Origin: Trichodelitschia bisporula | Taxonomy: Eukaryota | Direction: 5' to 3' | Assembly: GCA_010356995.1 (NCBI GenBank) | Contig: ML996693.1 | Coordinates: 1,178,001-1,242,000, forward strand | DNA: 64,000 nt | In this document: in pieces, positions 60,461 to 64,000 of the stretch | How positions within the stretch are numbered: position 1 is the stretch's first letter | Layout of the letters: each line of letters starts with the position of its first letter | The notes under the pieces: model-generated | Seen by the model: only the letters and a program-made list of their open reading frames with translations | What the model was told of the DNA's origin: nothing | Database searches by the model: none | Made by a program: the position numbers and the translations under genes

Positions 60461-60632
60461 ACTCTCGGGAAGGAACATGATGCAATGTGCGCATAAGGGG
60501 AGGCAGGAGCATATGATGATACTTGGCATCATGTATACAGTCTTGGGCGGCTCTCGACTCTCTTCTTTGACTCCATCAAACCCTTCACTTCATACCGTAG
60601 CCATCGCACTTGTCAAGCCTATGTTCCATTAA
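60461..60632 (+). repeat. Degenerate dispersed repeat fragment (homologous to 953-1135, minus strand)
   Basis: By-eye alignment over about 170 nt, with mostly transition differences. Confidence 0.6.
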
Positions 60633-60923
60633 GAGTGCATAACGACCAACGCCAACGCCAGTTACGTCACACATTGGGCGAGTAGAATACCCTAATTTAC
60701 AGCGACCGTCCCAGCCCAGCCAACCTCCCATCAACAAACGCCTGTCGAAGCGGGGCGGGGGCTCCAATCCAACCCGAAGCGGGGGGGTATCGTACAAGTA
60801 CAGCCAAGAAAGCAAAGAGCGCCCTGTATATATCCGCCCATAGCCAAAAACCAGCACACCGATTACCGCATTATCCCATTGTCACTGTCGTTCCCGTTTT
60901 TGCGTCGCGTTTTCTGATCTTCT

Positions 60924-63624
60924 TCAACTTGGCTTCGAGTTCGCGTTCTCAAAACCCTCCATCATCACCCCAGCCGCGCTCCAGTCGGGCATCGCATCTA
61001 GCATGGCGCTCCAGTTTTGCTCCATCCCTTCTCCGCCCATCTGCCAGTTTGCATCGAAGACCTGCGTCTGCGCCGCAGCGCCTAGGACCGGCGCGCCGAA
61101 GGCTCCGCCCTGCGTCGTCACGAAGGTCGAGAACTCCGCCTCGGAAACACCATAGCTACCTTCCCCTACGCTGCTGAGGCTCGCGCGGCCCGTCGTCTGG
61201 GAGTTGTAGCCTACGAATCCGGTGGTATTAAACGACCCCGCATCTTCGCTCGGCGGTGTGAAGCTCGCGGACTGGCTCGTGCCGCTGCGACTTGACGCGC
61301 TCCCCATGTTCGGACTGCGGTCCGCGTCGCTCATCGGGCTGTTACTATCCGACAGCGGAACGACGCGAGCACCACTGCTCCCCGCGCGGTACAGGTTCGG
61401 AGGACCAGCGGATTTCCCCCGGCTAGGCAGGGCGTAGGGATCAGCGAGGTAGGCCAGGGAGCTGGGGTCGATGTCGAGGTTTATATTCGCGCGGGCGGTG
61501 TGGAAGGGCGGGCCGGGGGAGTCGGTGGGCGGGGTTGGGAAGCCGTGGGGTGAAGTGGCGGTGGGGGTAGGCGCGTCGGTTGTGTCGCGGATGTTGACTA
61601 GGGGGGAGCATTTTGAGGGGTCGAGGGGCTGGATGGGTGGTTAGTTTAGGGATGGGGAGGTGTGGGGAGGGGGGGACGCACGAGGCTGGTTTTGGTCATG
61701 TACCGCACGGACTCTCCGAAGCCTGATACTTCGAGGTCGACGTCTAGCTGCGCAATGAAGGATTCGGAGAGGGGATTGCGTCGTTTGAGGGCGTTCATGG
61801 CGGCGAGGAGGAACTGCAACGAGGACATCATTTGCCCGTCGTTGGGGCGGAATTTGAGATACTGGATGAAGACGCGGTTGGCGACGTAGAGGGAGAAGGT
61901 CATGAAGGGGTGCATCTGGGCTGTGTTAGCTTCGATCTTTGTTTAATATATCGGAGCCTACTTACATTCCCGAGATCGAGGTGGCTGATCATGCGCATTA
62001 TGCGCGCTATCTCTGCTGCTGCTGTCACACATCGTACACGGCTTTCCGACGCTACGTTCGCTGGCAACCGGTGCTTGTCGGCCTTGAAGATGGCGGCCTG
62101 GTGCAGGCAAATGGCTGATGTGTGCATTAGCATGTTAGTGAAGATAGTGCTCGGGTTCGGCAACCCTGCGGGCAGGCGCATGGAGTCGGGCATGGACAAG
62201 GCCGTGTGCGCGAGGATACCCTCCAGATCGCGATGCCGCTGCCAGAACTCGCCGTTCAGGTCATGGTCGTCGTTTGCCTTCGACGGCCGGTGCAGATGTA
62301 GCAGGTTGCGCCCAAGCAGCACCGCCATGATGATCACGCCGGAGGTGCTGTGCAGCTGAGCGGCGCCCGTCGGCTTGAGCGCCTGCTCGAGAGAGATAAG
62401 GGGCACAGGCGTGCCGCTTTCGAAGGACGCATCCGGCGCAGGCAGGTTAGTCATTATGTCGGTTTCATCGATAGTCATGGGCCACCCGGTGCCAACACTC
62501 GCATACCGGTCCTGACAAAACGCAATCCAAAACGTGCGTCTGCGCTCCTCGGCCTCAATCCAATCCTTCGCCGGCTGCAGACACTGCTTAACATCGAGCC
62601 CCACGCCATCGAGCCGCTGCAGGCCAAGCATCTGCGCCAACCGCACAGAGCGCCCGACGCTCATCCACGCGCGCGGAAAGTACATATTCCGGAACTCGTG
62701 CATGCTGACCAGCAGCCAGGCCTGGCAGTAGCCGACGTTGAGCAAGGACTCGCCGTGCCGCTTCATCTCGTCGTTGTGCAGGTACTTGCGCGCGCGCTGG
62801 TAGAAGGTGTCGGTCAGGGACTCGTACCGGTCTGTGAGAGAGGCGGCGTGGCACCAGACGGCGTAACGGAGGCTGATGGGTGGGCGCATGTGTGGTGCTA
62901 GGCTCATGGAGGCGAGGAAGCGGCCGCGGTGGATCATGGGGATGGCGGGGTGGATCTTTTGGAAGTAGACTTCGTTGCTTTTGGGATGTTAGAGGGTGAT
63001 TGGAAGGGGTGCTGGGACGTACAGCTCGTTGATTGTGTCTTGCGGCGGGAGGGACTCTTCGAGTCCCATTCCTACTACTTCCCATGAGAAGGGATCTTCG
63101 GCTACTGTTTCGGCGGGTGCGTCTAGGAGGACGAAGTCTTGCTGCGATAGTGCCTCCCGGCCCATACCCATATCCGTGGGCACTGTTGGCGAGAAGGTAT
63201 TCTCAACGGGCCGCGAGGCAAAGGCATTCTCAACGGGCGCCCGCGCGGTCGCGAGCACTGACGACGACTCAGGTTCCTGCGATTTGAGTAGAGTCTCGAC
63301 TTGTTCTACGGAAGGTTAGTCACGCTCAGCACCCCCGATATATCACATACGCAGCCTCGCCTCGAGCAGCTTCACGTAGCCCCGCTTGGGCCCGCTCTTC
63401 TTGCGGACCTCATCATAGGTGCAATCATGGCTCAAGCGCTTGCAGGTGCCGCACGTCGGCCGGCAGCCGTCGCAGCGCAGCTTGCGCTTGCGGCAGAGGA
63501 TGCAGGCGATGCGCTTCGTCTTGGGCTGGCCCTCGTTTGCGCCGACGGACCGCTCGGCGTCTTCGAGCGGCTGCGAGAGGTCGTTGAAGTAGTCTTCCTT
63601 TGCGGAGTCGGCCGACTCGGGCAT
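60924..63624 (-). CDS. Zn(II)2Cys6 transcription factor, probably PRF-like binuclear zinc family (835 aa)
   Basis: Exons 63624-63351, 63305-63023, 62977-61966, 61915-61682, 61628-60924. CILCRKRKLRC..CGTC..C followed by RKKSGPKRGYVK; EERRRTFWIAFCQDR. Confidence 0.92.
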
Positions 63625-64000
63625 CGTTTTCCAATCCGAGGGGCAGGTGCTTTGCGGATGCGGGTCACGGTGTGGGCGAGGACACGGAGTTCGGAAGGAC
63701 GATGGGAGACGCGGAGTCGGGAGGTGGTGGGCGGCGGAGGGGTGTTTGTCCGTCGGGACAATTGAAACGGGTTGTTCGGTGGAGTTAACGGAGGGGAATT
63801 GGGAGGGGACAGACACGAGGAATCGGGAACGACAAAGGCTTTTTAAGAGGAAACTAAGCAAGAGCTTCCCCGAGAACTAATTATACAGCATCTCCCAACC
63901 AGTAAGTACGGAGTACGAACTTGTAGAACCGGGCCTGATGCGCTTCGAGGGGGTGGGAGAAAGAGATGAAGGTTTTGGTGGTGAATTAGGCATCCGCATT

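Noticed and set aside
1..64000. CRISPR arrays, tRNA or rRNA genes, intact transposons
   Set aside because: None seen. The rRNA-like matches are short antisense snoRNA guides, and no transposase, reverse transcriptase or terminal repeats were recognised.

Overview
Eukaryotic, GC-rich genomic DNA from a filamentous ascomycete (Pezizomycotina; gene content and short GT-AG introns with CTRAY branch sites fit a Dothideomycete-like fungus). There is one assembly gap (18391-18575). I assembled 17 protein-coding genes by hand, including prp5, erb1, bgl2, put2, pkc1 and leu5, plus two Zn2Cys6 transcription factors, an MFS sugar porter, an aldo-keto reductase, a METTL4-like MT-A70 methyltransferase, a large WD40 protein, a CorA-like protein, a GNAT and a secreted Thr-rich protein. 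The most striking element is invisible to the ORF track: a spliced non-coding host gene at about 55.7-56.9 kb carrying five intron-encoded box C/D snoRNAs (an snR41-snR70-snR51 core plus two extra guides). Some of its introns abut with no exon between them (AG|GT), and the snR51-like snoRNA is itself split by a nested 50-nt intron whose removal is needed to join its 18S guide to box D. Other signals: a probable GUG-initiated N-terminal extension of a Zn2Cys6 factor behind a 1.6-kb ATG-free stretch, a near-perfect ~108-nt fold-back hairpin between bgl2 and put2, a cluster of stem-loops at 2.15-2.54 kb, and a decayed dispersed repeat. rRNA target sequences and numbering are recalled from general knowledge; no searches or folding programs were run.
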